64,000 nucleotides of DNA from contig CBDETY010000003.1 of assembly GCA_965243025.1 (NCBI GenBank), forward strand, positions 2,432,001 to 2,496,000. Direction: 5' to 3'. Below are positions 55,275 through 64,000 of this stretch, piece by piece. The stretch comes from Candidatus Latescibacterota bacterium. GTDB lineage: Bacteria; Latescibacterota; UBA2968; UBA8231. Each line of letters begins with the position of its first letter. The stretch's first letter is position 1. The position numbers were made by a program, and so were the translations under genes. The notes beneath the pieces are model-generated. The model was given only the letters and a program-made list of their open reading frames with translations, had not been told where the DNA came from and did no database searches.

Positions 55275-57122
55275 ATGACGATTCGACTGGCGTTGCTCGC
55301 GCTCGCGGTTTCCCTCTGGTCCTGTGGAGACGACGACGCTCCCCCCGCCGCTCCGGTAGAAACGGTTCTGCGTCCGAGCGGGGAACTGATGCCCTGGGAT
55401 CTTTCCGCCGTCGTGCCGATCGACTCGGTCCGCACCCTGTCCCCGGGCACCCCCCTGTACATGCGGACCGAGTTCGCCAACGGCGAGCTCGCCGACCTCG
55501 AGATGCTCTTCGTCGAGGTGGTCGACGACTTCCTGCCGCCCATGCCCGTAATCATGGTGGAATCCTCCGATCCGGTGCTGCTCCAGCTCGGGGGCATCGC
55601 CCGGGGCATGAGCGGCTCCCCCATCTTTTCCGAGCAGGGCACCATGGGGGCCATCGCCTATGGATACACCGCCCAGGACAACCCGCCATTCTACTTCTTC
55701 GCCACCCCCATAGAATGGGTTATCGGCTCACGGGGAACATTGCCAGCGGCCAAACCCGCGGCCACGTGGGACGGAGCCCGCATCACCCCTCTGGAAATCC
55801 CCCTGGTGATCACGGGACTCAACGGTCCGCAGCTGTCAGGAGGGGGTTCGTTTCCTTTTGGTGAAGCCGTCTCCGCGGGCCTGACCCAGGAGCGCCAGGA
55901 GAGCTTCGAGGCCGGCAGGCCGCTGGCGGTCGGTCTGCTGCTGGGTGAAATCACCGGAGGCGCGGTCGGAACCATATCCTACGTCGACGGAAACCGGATA
56001 TTCGGATTCGGGCACCCCTTCGAAAGCCTCGGGCCGGTCGCGCTTCCCATTATCGAGGCAAAGGTTCTGGGTGAAATCTCCAATCTCTCTGCTCCCTTCA
56101 AGTTCGCGACCCTGAACCCGACGGTGCGGGGCGTCATCACCGAAGACCGGTTGCCCGCGATTCGCGGAGTGCTCGAGGAGGAACCGGCACTGGTTCCGAT
56201 CCGAAGCAGGTACACGTTCCCGTCCGGGAGCGAGCTCGAGTTGACCCACCATATGCCCACCGTCGGTCTCGACTCGTACACCACGCTCAGTATCGCCACC
56301 TCTGCTTCATTCAGCCCGTTGAACAACCGGGTCGACAACGACCCCGACCACAGCGTCCGTGTTTCGACGAATTTCTCCTTTGCCGGCACCGACTCGGTGC
56401 TTTCCCGCACCCGCCTGTACGCAGAGCCGGATGGAAGGCTTCACTCCCTGATCGGCACGGCTTCCGGGGACCTGTCGTTCGCCCTGACGGAGCTGATGAC
56501 GAGGAACGATTACGCCCTTCAGGTCAGCGAGGCCGAGGTTCACGTCGAAATGATCCCGGAGCCCCGCTTCGCCCAGGTCGTGGAGGTCTCGGCGGATACC
56601 GTGATCAGTCTCGGGAGCACGCTGCCGATTACCGCTTCGCTGCGGGTGGGGCGGCGCGCCGACCGGGAAGTCGGGCTGGAGCTCGCCGTACCGGATACGA
56701 TCCCCCCGGGCATCTACCTGCTCGAGGTCGCTTCCGCGGCCAACCTGGTGGACACCGGAGACGATTTCGGGTTCTTCGGACCGCCGGGATTCGGTGGAGG
56801 CGATGAGAAGCTCGAGGAGGTCTTCGCGCGCCTGAACGAGCCGGACGAGAACATCGTCCTGAAGGCGCGCCTGACGTTTTCGGCGCCGCCCCCTCCCCCG
56901 GAAATCCCCGAACCCCCGCCCGAGGGGGACGGTTCCGAGGGGGATGATCCCGGAGAAGCTCCCGGGGATGTTCCCGACCTCGGACTGGGCGACATCCCGT
57001 TTTTCGGGGGCTTCTTTCCTCCCGAAGGCCCCCCGCCGACTGTTTCCACCGAGCAGGAGGTGGGTCTGTATATCGAGGGCACCCGGAGTCTCGAGATCGA
57101 GCTGACGGTCCCGGAAGAGTAA
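55275..57122 (+). CDS. SpoIVB-like peptidase S55 domain lipoprotein
   Basis: AAGGAG RBS; LWSC lipobox; GIARGMSGSPI; ATPIE; FGFGHPF. Confidence 0.8.
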   Translation: MTIRLALLALAVSLWSCGDDDAPPAAPVETVLRPSGELMPWDLSAVVPIDSVRTLSPGTPLYMRTEFANGELADLEMLFVEVVDDFLPPMPVIMVESSDPVLLQLGGIARGMSGSPIFSEQGTMGAIAYGYTAQDNPPFYFFATPIEWVIGSRGTLPAAKPAATWDGARITPLEIPLVITGLNGPQLSGGGSFPFGEAVSAGLTQERQESFEAGRPLAVGLLLGEITGGAVGTISYVDGNRIFGFGHPFESLGPVALPIIEAKVLGEISNLSAPFKFATLNPTVRGVITEDRLPAIRGVLEEEPALVPIRSRYTFPSGSELELTHHMPTVGLDSYTTLSIATSASFSPLNNRVDNDPDHSVRVSTNFSFAGTDSVLSRTRLYAEPDGRLHSLIGTASGDLSFALTELMTRNDYALQVSEAEVHVEMIPEPRFAQVVEVSADTVISLGSTLPITASLRVGRRADREVGLELAVPDTIPPGIYLLEVASAANLVDTGDDFGFFGPPGFGGGDEKLEEVFARLNEPDENIVLKARLTFSAPPPPPEIPEPPPEGDGSEGDDPGEAPGDVPDLGLGDIPFFGGFFPPEGPPPTVSTEQEVGLYIEGTRSLEIELTVPEE

Positions 57123-57135
57123 CCCCACGAGGATA

Positions 57136-57179
57136 CCGGGGCCGGCGGGCAGAGCGCGACACCCTCCCCCCGGCCCCGG
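57136..57179. terminator. Stem-loop between convergent genes
   Basis: CCGGGGCCGG / CCGGCCCCGG 10-bp inverted repeat; no U-tract. Confidence 0.3.
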
Positions 57180-57240
57180 GCCACCGGCCGGAATTCCAGT
57201 CGGAACGACGCGGCCCCTGCCCGGGCAGCCAGCCGCGATG

Positions 57241-58299
57241 TTATCGGTCGAGCCGGACCTCGCGGCCGGTTCGCGACGACTCGTACACGGAATCCTGGAT
57301 CAGCTGCAGGTTGCGGATCTCTCGCCGGGTCTGCGACGGCTCGGTTCCCTCGCGGATGGAGGTGACGAACCGGGAGACCTCCCGGTTCACGCTGTCCCCC
57401 CAGGAATGCCGCTGTTCCGGCCCGGCGTAGCCGGTGGGCGTGCGGTCGACGATCTCCCCGCCCTCGTCCATCAGCACCGACAGCGGACTGAAGCAGACGG
57501 TGCCGCGCTCGCAGATCATCTCGAAGCTGTAGTGGGCCTCCAGCCGGTCGTGGGCCCAGGTGCCTTCGAGGACGAAGGTGGCGCCGGTATCGAGGCGGAT
57601 GTGGGCGGCGGCGATGTCCTCGACGTCGTACCGGTCCCGCTCCTCCGCGTCCGGCGCGGTCTCGGCCCGCTTGTGCGGAAACAGCCGGTGGGTCGACCCG
57701 GACACGGAGACCAGGCCGGGACTTCCGGCGACCCACAGGGCCACGTCGGCGATGTGGATCGCCGTCGCTGCCAGGGCTCCGCCCGCGGAGATCTCCCTGA
57801 TGTGATGCGGGCCCCACCAGGGAATGTCCGGGTAGTAGGTCCAGGCGCGGATGTAGGTGGGCTTTCCGAGCTTCCCCGAGGCCACCAGCTCCCTGAGAAG
57901 GCCGGCTTCCAGCATGTGGCGCATGTTGGTGCCGATCTGGATCATGCGCCCGCCCCGCTCCGCGGCCGCCAGCATCCGGTCCGCCTCGGCGACGTTCATC
58001 GCGAACGGCTTCTCGCACAGGACGTGGGCCCCGGCTTCCAGCGCCGCGACCGCGATCTCGCAGTGCGTCTGCGGCATGGTTACGACGCTGACGAGGTCGA
58101 GGTCCCCCGGCTCGAGCAGCCCGCGGAAATCCGCGGCGGTGCGCGCTGCCGGGAAGAGCTGCCCGGCGGCGGCGAGCGCCTCCTCCCTGATGTCGCACAG
58201 GGCCGCGACCTCGACGGTCTCCGGCAGGCGGCCGTAGGCCTCGAGATGGCCCTTCCCCATGGTGCCGCAACCGATCACTCCGACCCGCAGCTTCTCCAT
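57241..58299 (-). CDS. Gfo/Idh/MocA family oxidoreductase
   Basis: VGVIGCGTMG; HVLCEKPFA; GGALAATAIH..D. Confidence 0.9.
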   Translation of the reverse strand: MEKLRVGVIGCGTMGKGHLEAYGRLPETVEVAALCDIREEALAAAGQLFPAARTAADFRGLLEPGDLDLVSVVTMPQTHCEIAVAALEAGAHVLCEKPFAMNVAEADRMLAAAERGGRMIQIGTNMRHMLEAGLLRELVASGKLGKPTYIRAWTYYPDIPWWGPHHIREISAGGALAATAIHIADVALWVAGSPGLVSVSGSTHRLFPHKRAETAPDAEERDRYDVEDIAAAHIRLDTGATFVLEGTWAHDRLEAHYSFEMICERGTVCFSPLSVLMDEGGEIVDRTPTGYAGPEQRHSWGDSVNREVSRFVTSIREGTEPSQTRREIRNLQLIQDSVYESSRTGREVRLDR

Positions 58300-58318
58300 A
58301 CCGGTTCCTTTCTCTCCG

Positions 58319-58792
58319 TTACGCCTTTTTCTTCGCGGCGGTTTTCTTCTTCGCCCCGGCCTTTCCGGCCCTGGCTTTCGGTTTCTTCGCCGGCCCGGCG
58401 ACCGACTGCAGGAACTTCACAACTTCAGCCGCTTCCTTTCCCCCCTTCCTGGCATGGGTCATCAGGGCGATCCCGTGCGGGCCTTTCTCGTCGACGACCG
58501 CGGGGTTGTCGGCCACCACCGCCTGCACGATCTCGAGCTTGCCGAGCATGGCCGCGGCGAACAGGTCGATGCGCGCCCCCTTGCCCAGCAGGAGCTCGGC
58601 GATGTCCCGGCGGCCCATGTGGGCGGCGGCTCCCAGTCCGGTCTCCCAGTCGCCGCCTCCCCAGTCCCAGGAGGAGTTGACCAGGGCCGGTTCCCGCGCA
58701 AGCAGCTTCCCGACGCTGTCGAGGTCGCCGTGGGCGTCGTTGACGAACTGGTGCACCAGGTCAGGGGAGATGGCGGTCTTCTTCGGTGACAT
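58319..58792 (-). CDS. Ankyrin-repeat protein with Lys/Ala-rich C-terminal tail
   Basis: AHGDLDSV..LL; ETGLGAAAHMG; LFAAAMLG; GPHGIALMTHA; tail PAKKPKARAGKAGAKKKTAAKKKA. Confidence 0.8.
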   Translation of the reverse strand: MSPKKTAISPDLVHQFVNDAHGDLDSVGKLLAREPALVNSSWDWGGGDWETGLGAAAHMGRRDIAELLLGKGARIDLFAAAMLGKLEIVQAVVADNPAVVDEKGPHGIALMTHARKGGKEAAEVVKFLQSVAGPAKKPKARAGKAGAKKKTAAKKKA

Positions 58793-58912
58793 GGCTTCCC
58801 TCCTACTGTTGGCGTTGGCGGAGCAGGTCAGCTGCGGCGATGGTGGGGCGAGATCGGTCGCTGGATCGCCCTTTAACCCACCCGCCCCCGAGCAGGCGAT
58901 CCGGCGGACCGG

Positions 58913-59536
58913 TCAGCCGGATGTGCCGGCCGCCTCGAAGCTCGCCTCCACGTCGGCCCGGTACGCCTCCAGGGGCGGCGTTTCGAGGTCTTCGACCTTC
59001 GACAGGTCGTCCCAACGGCGCAGCCGCACCGCGGTGTCGAGGTGCGGATGGCGGGCGAACTCCCGCCGCTCCTCGTCCGACATCGGCCCCCCCTGCAGCT
59101 CGAGGCTCTTCTTCGATCCGGCGGACAGGCCGTCCCGGTACTCCGGCTCGACCGCGCACAGGTATCTCTTTGCAGGCACGTGCAGGCGGATCGGCTCGAC
59201 GATGGAACCGGGAAGGAGTGCCTCCATGTAGTCGGCCCCGATGACCTCGTGCTCGAGGTCGTCGTGCTGGAAGTCCGAGGTCTCGTCGTGCTCGTCGAGC
59301 AGGAAATGCCCGATGTCGTGGAGCAGGGCCGCGGTCACCACCTCCCCGGCAGAGTCTTCCCGGCGCGCCAGGCGGGCGCACTGCAGGGCGTGCTCGAGCT
59401 GGGTGACGCTGCGGTCGTAATAGATCCCCCCCTTCTGCTCCATGTAGGCGAAGAGCAGGTCGGTTTTGCGCCCTGCCGAGGGGGCCGCCCGCAGGTCTGC
59501 GCTCAGAGATCGATCGATGCGTCCCGGGTCGTTCAC
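58913..59536 (-). CDS. phnZ: PhnZ/TmpB-like HD-domain diiron oxygenase
   Basis: VTQLEHALQCA; ALLHDIGH; HEVIGA; LHVPAKRYL; SLELQGGPM; LRRWDDLSK; GTGA overlap with the upstream gene. Confidence 0.8.
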   Translation of the reverse strand: MNDPGRIDRSLSADLRAAPSAGRKTDLLFAYMEQKGGIYYDRSVTQLEHALQCARLARREDSAGEVVTAALLHDIGHFLLDEHDETSDFQHDDLEHEVIGADYMEALLPGSIVEPIRLHVPAKRYLCAVEPEYRDGLSAGSKKSLELQGGPMSDEERREFARHPHLDTAVRLRRWDDLSKVEDLETPPLEAYRADVEASFEAAGTSG

Positions 59537-60336
59537 AGTACCGTCCTTCCTCGAAAGTGCCTGATCTTGCTGATCATCCCGGCTTCCTCGGGATTCTCCC
59601 TCATCTTCTCCATGGCGGCGAGCTTGTCCTCGTAGTAGCGCTCCCGCAGGTCCCCCGCCGACAGGGCGTTGTAGGTGACGTAGAGCAGCCGGCGCGGCTG
59701 GCCGGTGTTGTTCGGCGGGCTGTGGTGGGGGGCGTACGAGCCGAAGAACAGGATGTCCCCCGGATCGGTCGGGACCGGCACCCACTCCATCCGCGCCGCC
59801 GCCGCCTCCTCGATGCAGCCGTGCTCGTCGAGGGCGACGAAGCCGCGGCGGTGCAGCCCCGGGCTGAAGAACAGGCAGCCGTTCTCCGGGGTCGCCGGGT
59901 CGACCGATATCAGGCAGGTGACGTGGTAGTCGACGAACTCGTAGGCCGGGGCGTCCTGGTGGGCGGCGTACCCGCCCCCGCCGGGATACTTGTAGTTGAT
60001 CTTCTCCTTGTAGAGGACCGCAGGTTCCCCCATCAGCCCGGAGACCGAGTCGACGACCTTGCCCCCGGTGAGCAGGTCGTGCAGGTCCTTCTGGAACGGG
60101 ACGAAGTTCTCCGACCTCGACAGGCGCACCCCGGAACCGGTCCGCTCGAAATGATGCAGCCACTCGCCGCCGTCCGCTGGCCACTGGGACACCTCGGCGA
60201 CCGCCCTGCGCAGCACGGCGACCTCGGACGGCTCGAAGAAGCTCCTGACGCGGAGAAACCCGTTCTCCTCCCAGCTGCCTTTCATGGCGGGGGTGATGGC
60301 GGAGGCCGTTGCCTGGAATCCGTCGGATCTGGACAT
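59533..60336 (-). CDS. phnY: PhnY-like PhyH-family Fe(II)/2OG dioxygenase
   Basis: LYKEKINYKYPGGGGYAAHQD; ENGCL; PHHSPPN; RRLLYVTYN...YYEDK; coupled to the PhnZ-like gene. Confidence 0.7.
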   Translation of the reverse strand: MSRSDGFQATASAITPAMKGSWEENGFLRVRSFFEPSEVAVLRRAVAEVSQWPADGGEWLHHFERTGSGVRLSRSENFVPFQKDLHDLLTGGKVVDSVSGLMGEPAVLYKEKINYKYPGGGGYAAHQDAPAYEFVDYHVTCLISVDPATPENGCLFFSPGLHRRGFVALDEHGCIEEAAAARMEWVPVPTDPGDILFFGSYAPHHSPPNNTGQPRRLLYVTYNALSAGDLRERYYEDKLAAMEKMRENPEEAGMISKIRHFRGRTVL

Positions 60337-60481
60337 ACCGCAATAATATGCTTTGGCTGTTGTGCGCTCTTCCGGCAGGTGGTGAACCTCGCCCCGCGGG
60401 GGAGTCCGGGCAAGTGGCTCGCGGTCTCCTGCCCTGCCGGCCGGGAAAGGCCCGGCCCCTGGAAGTACCGGACACCTCCCC

Positions 60482-61777
60482 GTGCATAAACTCGTTCAAC
60501 GCCTCGGTCCCCTGCTCTTCACCGCCGTCTCCGCCGCCGGCTTCTGGTACGCCGGGGCCCGCTCCCTCGAGCCCGGCGACGGCCGCGTCGAGGTCTCCTG
60601 GCTGATCCCCGTCAACGACATGAAGAGCAGCTACGAGGAGCTCGCCGCCGGCTTCCGGGAGCGCCATCCCGGCATCGACCTGCGCATGGTCTGGGTCCCC
60701 GGCAACCAGTACCAGACCAAGTTCAAGACCCTCGCCGCGGCCGGCGACGCACCCGACGTCTTCTACACCGGCGACGTCTGGGTGGCCTACATGCTCCCCT
60801 TCCTGCGCGACATGACCTTCTACTTCGAACGCGACCGCGAGGAGATCGATCTCGACGATTTCTTCCCCGAGGTCATCGCCGCGATGCAGCACAAGGGCAG
60901 GTTCTATTTCCTCGCCGTCCACATCAACGTGTCGATGCTGTATTACAACCGGAAGCTGTTCGACGAGGCCGGGGTCTCCTATCCGACCCCGGACTGGACC
61001 TGGGACGACTTCTTCCGCGCCGGCGAGGCGATATCGCGGGTGCGGGAAGACGGCGCCCGGATCTGGGGGTCGGACATCAGCACCTCCTGGTGGGGGGAGT
61101 GGCTGATCTACGTCCGCCAGGCCGGCGGCAGCATGTTCAACGAGGACATGACCCGCTGTCTCCTCGACTCTCCCGAGGCGATCCGGGGGGTGCAGTTCTA
61201 CCACGACAAGGTGACCAGCGGCATCTCGCCGCGGCCCGGGTACGGCCCCGTCACCCGTTTCGCGAGCGGCCGCATGGGGCTGGTTTACGGCGGCCACACC
61301 ACCTTCTGGCGCATCTACAACCGCGCCGGGGACCTCGACTGGGACGTCGCCCTGCTGCCGAAGGGACCGGTGCGCAGGCACGGCGGGGAGATCGCGGTCG
61401 GCGCCTTTGCCGTGACCAGGAACTGCCGGCACCCGGAAGCGGCCTGGGAGCTGGTGAAGCACCTGGCCTCCAGGGAAGGGGTCATCGCCGAGGTCCGGGC
61501 CGGCGGCCTGCCTTCCCGCCGCTCGGTCGCCGAGGAGCTGATGCTCGGCCCCGACCGCCTCAACGACAGGCCGCCCAGCGTCGAATGGGCCTTCGAGCAG
61601 ATCAAGTACTCGATGACGATCCCCCGCTCCCCCGACTACATCGAGATCGCCATCGAGGTGATCCAGCCGGAGATCGACCGCATGCTGCAGGGGGAGCTGA
61701 CCCCCGAGCAGGCCTGCCGCCGCGCCGCCGAGGCGGCCAACCGCTTCATCGAGACCCTGGGCCGCCGCGACAGGTGA
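60482..61777 (+). CDS. Sugar ABC transporter substrate-binding protein (CUT1)
   Basis: N-terminal hydrophobic anchor; APDVF; LYYNRKLFDEAGV.YP..DWTWDDF; FASGRMG. Confidence 0.88.
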   Translation: MHKLVQRLGPLLFTAVSAAGFWYAGARSLEPGDGRVEVSWLIPVNDMKSSYEELAAGFRERHPGIDLRMVWVPGNQYQTKFKTLAAAGDAPDVFYTGDVWVAYMLPFLRDMTFYFERDREEIDLDDFFPEVIAAMQHKGRFYFLAVHINVSMLYYNRKLFDEAGVSYPTPDWTWDDFFRAGEAISRVREDGARIWGSDISTSWWGEWLIYVRQAGGSMFNEDMTRCLLDSPEAIRGVQFYHDKVTSGISPRPGYGPVTRFASGRMGLVYGGHTTFWRIYNRAGDLDWDVALLPKGPVRRHGGEIAVGAFAVTRNCRHPEAAWELVKHLASREGVIAEVRAGGLPSRRSVAEELMLGPDRLNDRPPSVEWAFEQIKYSMTIPRSPDYIEIAIEVIQPEIDRMLQGELTPEQACRRAAEAANRFIETLGRRDR

Positions 61778-61787
61778 GGGGCTCCCT

Positions 61788-62681
61788 TTGAGACACTTCC
61801 GCGCCGGGGTCTGGTTCTACCTGATGGCGGGACCGGCGATCGCGGGGTTCCTCGCCTTCGCCCTGATCCCGATGCTCTACTCCCTCTACCTCAGCTTCAC
61901 CCGCTACACCGTGGTGAACCCGCCCGAGTGGGTCGGCATCGACCACTACATCTACCTGTTCAGGCACGACCCCTCGTTCTGGGTGTCGGTCGAGGTGACC
62001 CTGCTGTTCGCCGCGTTCCAGGTGCCCCTGGCGCTGGTCACCTCCCTGTCGTTGGCCCTGCTGCTCAACTGCCCGATGCGCTTCCGCGGCGTCTTCCGGA
62101 CGATCTACTACGTCCCCTCCATCCTTCCCTCGGCGGCCTCGGCGGCGATCTTCGTCTTCATCTTCAACCCCGAGTACGGCATGCTGAACGCCCTGCTCGC
62201 CCGCGCCGGGGTCGCCGGGCCCGCCTGGCTCGACGATTCGGCCTGGGCGCTGCCGACGCTCATCCTCATCAGCCTGTGGGGGTTCGGCAACGCCATGCTG
62301 ATCTTCCTCGGCGGACTGCAGGGGGTCGCCCGCTCCCTCTACGAGGCGGCCTCCATCGACGGGGCCGGGGCCTGGCGGCGCTTCTTCCACGTCACCCTGC
62401 CGCAGATCTCCCCGGTCTTCTTCTTCAACCTGGTCATGGGGGTCATCGGGGCCCTGCGCGTCTTCGACCTCGCCTACGCCTTCGGAGCCGCCCAGGGGAA
62501 GATCCCCGGGGGGCCGGCGCAGTCGACGCTATTCTACGTGCTCAACCTCTACCAGAAGGCTTTCAACTACTTCCACATGGGACAGGCGAGCGCCATGGCC
62601 TGGATCCTGTTCGCGGTGACCGTCGGCCTTACCTGGCTCAACTTCCGCTTCGCCAGCAAGTGGGTGCACCATGAACAGTGA
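61788..62681 (+). CDS. Sugar ABC transporter permease
   Basis: FRTIYYVPS; LYEAASIDGA..RRFFHVTLP (EAA motif); MGQASAMAW. Confidence 0.92.
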   Translation: MRHFRAGVWFYLMAGPAIAGFLAFALIPMLYSLYLSFTRYTVVNPPEWVGIDHYIYLFRHDPSFWVSVEVTLLFAAFQVPLALVTSLSLALLLNCPMRFRGVFRTIYYVPSILPSAASAAIFVFIFNPEYGMLNALLARAGVAGPAWLDDSAWALPTLILISLWGFGNAMLIFLGGLQGVARSLYEAASIDGAGAWRRFFHVTLPQISPVFFFNLVMGVIGALRVFDLAYAFGAAQGKIPGGPAQSTLFYVLNLYQKAFNYFHMGQASAMAWILFAVTVGLTWLNFRFASKWVHHEQ

Positions 62682-63552
62682 GGGCAGGGTGCGGGTTCGG
62701 GTGCGGCCGGGGCGGGTGTTGTTCTACGGCTCCATCGTCGGGGGAGCCGTGCTGATGCTGTTCCCGCTCGCCTGGATGCTGATGACGAGCCTGAAGTCGT
62801 TCACCGAAGTCCTGCAGGAACCGATGAAGTGGATCCCCGGCAGTCCGCAGTGGAGCAACTACCTCGTGGTGTTCCGGGAGTTCGAGTTCGGCAGGTTCCT
62901 GTGGAACTCGGTGTTCGTGACCGGGATGACGATTGCCGGGACCCTGGTCTCCTGCTCGGCGGCGGCCTACGCCTTCGTCTTCATCCGCGTGCGCTTCAAG
63001 GGTCCGATCTTCGCCGCCCTGCTGGCGACGATGATGCTGCCGGGGCAGGTGACGATCATCCCGCTGTTCAAGTTCTTCGCCCAGATCGGCTGGGTGAACA
63101 CCTACTACCCGCTGATCGTGCCGCACTGGCTCGGCGCCAACGTCTTCGGGATCTTCCTGCTGCGCCAGTTCTTCCTCACAATTCCGCACGGATACATCGA
63201 GGCGGCCCGCATGGACGGCGCCTCCGAGCTGCGCATCCTCTGGCACGTCGTCGTCCCCCTGAGCACCCCTGTCCTGCTCACGGTCACGGTGTTCACCTTC
63301 CTCGCCAGCTGGAACGACCTGTTCGGCCCCCTCATCTACCTGCACGACGAGAGGCTCTACACCATGCCGGTCGGGCTCTTCTATTTCATCGCCAAGGCGG
63401 GAGTGATCATGGGGGGGGCCGGCACCCAGGTGACCCCCTGGAACCTGGTGATGGCGCTGACTACGGTAATGATCGTGCCGGTCATCGCCGTCTTCTTCCT
63501 GGCGCAGAAGCGGTTCATCGAGGGAATCAGCGCCTCCGGGATCAAGGGGTAG
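62671..63552 (+). CDS. Sugar ABC transporter permease
   Basis: FPLAWM..TSLK; IFLLRQFF; IEAARMDGA (EAA motif); WNDLFGPLIYL; AQKRFIEGI. Confidence 0.92.
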   Translation: MNSEGRVRVRVRPGRVLFYGSIVGGAVLMLFPLAWMLMTSLKSFTEVLQEPMKWIPGSPQWSNYLVVFREFEFGRFLWNSVFVTGMTIAGTLVSCSAAAYAFVFIRVRFKGPIFAALLATMMLPGQVTIIPLFKFFAQIGWVNTYYPLIVPHWLGANVFGIFLLRQFFLTIPHGYIEAARMDGASELRILWHVVVPLSTPVLLTVTVFTFLASWNDLFGPLIYLHDERLYTMPVGLFYFIAKAGVIMGGAGTQVTPWNLVMALTTVMIVPVIAVFFLAQKRFIEGISASGIKG

Positions 63553-63840
63553 GGGGAATGCCTCAGGCCTGGCGGACCGTAGAGGCGGGGAGGAAATCCG
63601 GCCATGCCAGGGACAGGTCGGGCTTGCTTCGGAGAGCTGCCCCTTCACCCGGCCGTGCGCCCCGGAGATGCCGGATGTGCATGCTGAAAGAGGAAGCGGC
63701 GGCATGAGCGGAGCGGGGCCGGGATTGCCGGCTGTGCATGCGAAAAGGGGCCGCCCCCGCATGGCCTGGCGGGTCGGGCCTCCTGCGGTTCAGGAAGCGG
63801 CTTGTTTCCCTTGATGGCTTCGGCGGGCCCGTACATACAA

Positions 63841-63877
63841 AGAGGGCGCCGAGAAATCCCCGGCGCCCTCTGTTTTT
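63841..63877. terminator. Bidirectional intrinsic terminator
   Basis: AGAGGGCGCCG / CGGCGCCCTCT stem followed by GTTTTT on + and TTGT on -; lies between the convergent ABC and csp genes. Confidence 0.75.
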
Positions 63878-63892
63878 CCGAAGCGGTCGGTG

Positions 63893-64000
63893 CTACAGCG
63901 GCCTTACGTTCTCCGCGGCCGGGCCCTTCTGACCCTGAACCACCTCGAACTCGACCTGCTGGCCTTCAGCGAGCGACTTGAAGCCGTCCGTCTGAATGGC
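63893..64000 (-). CDS. Cold-shock protein, C-terminal part (runs off the window)
   Basis: Manual translation [35 protein letters not shown]; absent from the ORF track. Confidence 0.92.
   Translation of the reverse strand, partial: AIQTDGFKSLAEGQQVEFEVVQGQKGPAAENVRPL

Noticed and set aside
58913-61462. 849-aa ORF as a long HD-domain fusion
   Set aside because: The upstream part overlaps the PhyH gene out of frame and the ABC SBP antisense; the real start is GTG 59536.

Overview
High-GC, gene-dense bacterial chromosomal segment with about 45 genes. I found no rRNA, tRNA, CRISPR array, transposase or prophage. Content: (i) four large secreted mosaic proteins ending in a FlgD-Ig/T9SS-like C-terminal domain (passengers include LRR, GLUG, cadherin-like, beta-propeller, FN3, PD40 and LamG modules; one gene is split by an in-frame TGA); (ii) many catabolic genes (2 sulfatases; GH95-, GH106- and PL26-like enzymes; enolase-family, idnD, uxuA-like and Gfo/Idh/MocA enzymes; ABC transporter parts); (iii) five PhyH-type Fe(II)/2OG domains, including a PhnY/PhnZ-like phosphonate pair and a double-domain protein with a halogenase-like HxG motif; (iv) ppk2, typA, flotillin/NfeD, ybdK and a cold-shock gene; (v) an intact Phd-VapC pair and a HigA with a decayed HigB. 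This repertoire resembles Latescibacterota/Gemmatimonadota-type FCB bacteria, often sponge-associated (inference only). The best candidate for an undescribed system is ppk2 followed by a POTRA-less Omp85 barrel that is translationally coupled to a signal-peptide-bearing atypical kinase-fold protein (8146-12029). All calls come from motif recognition by eye; no searches were run.
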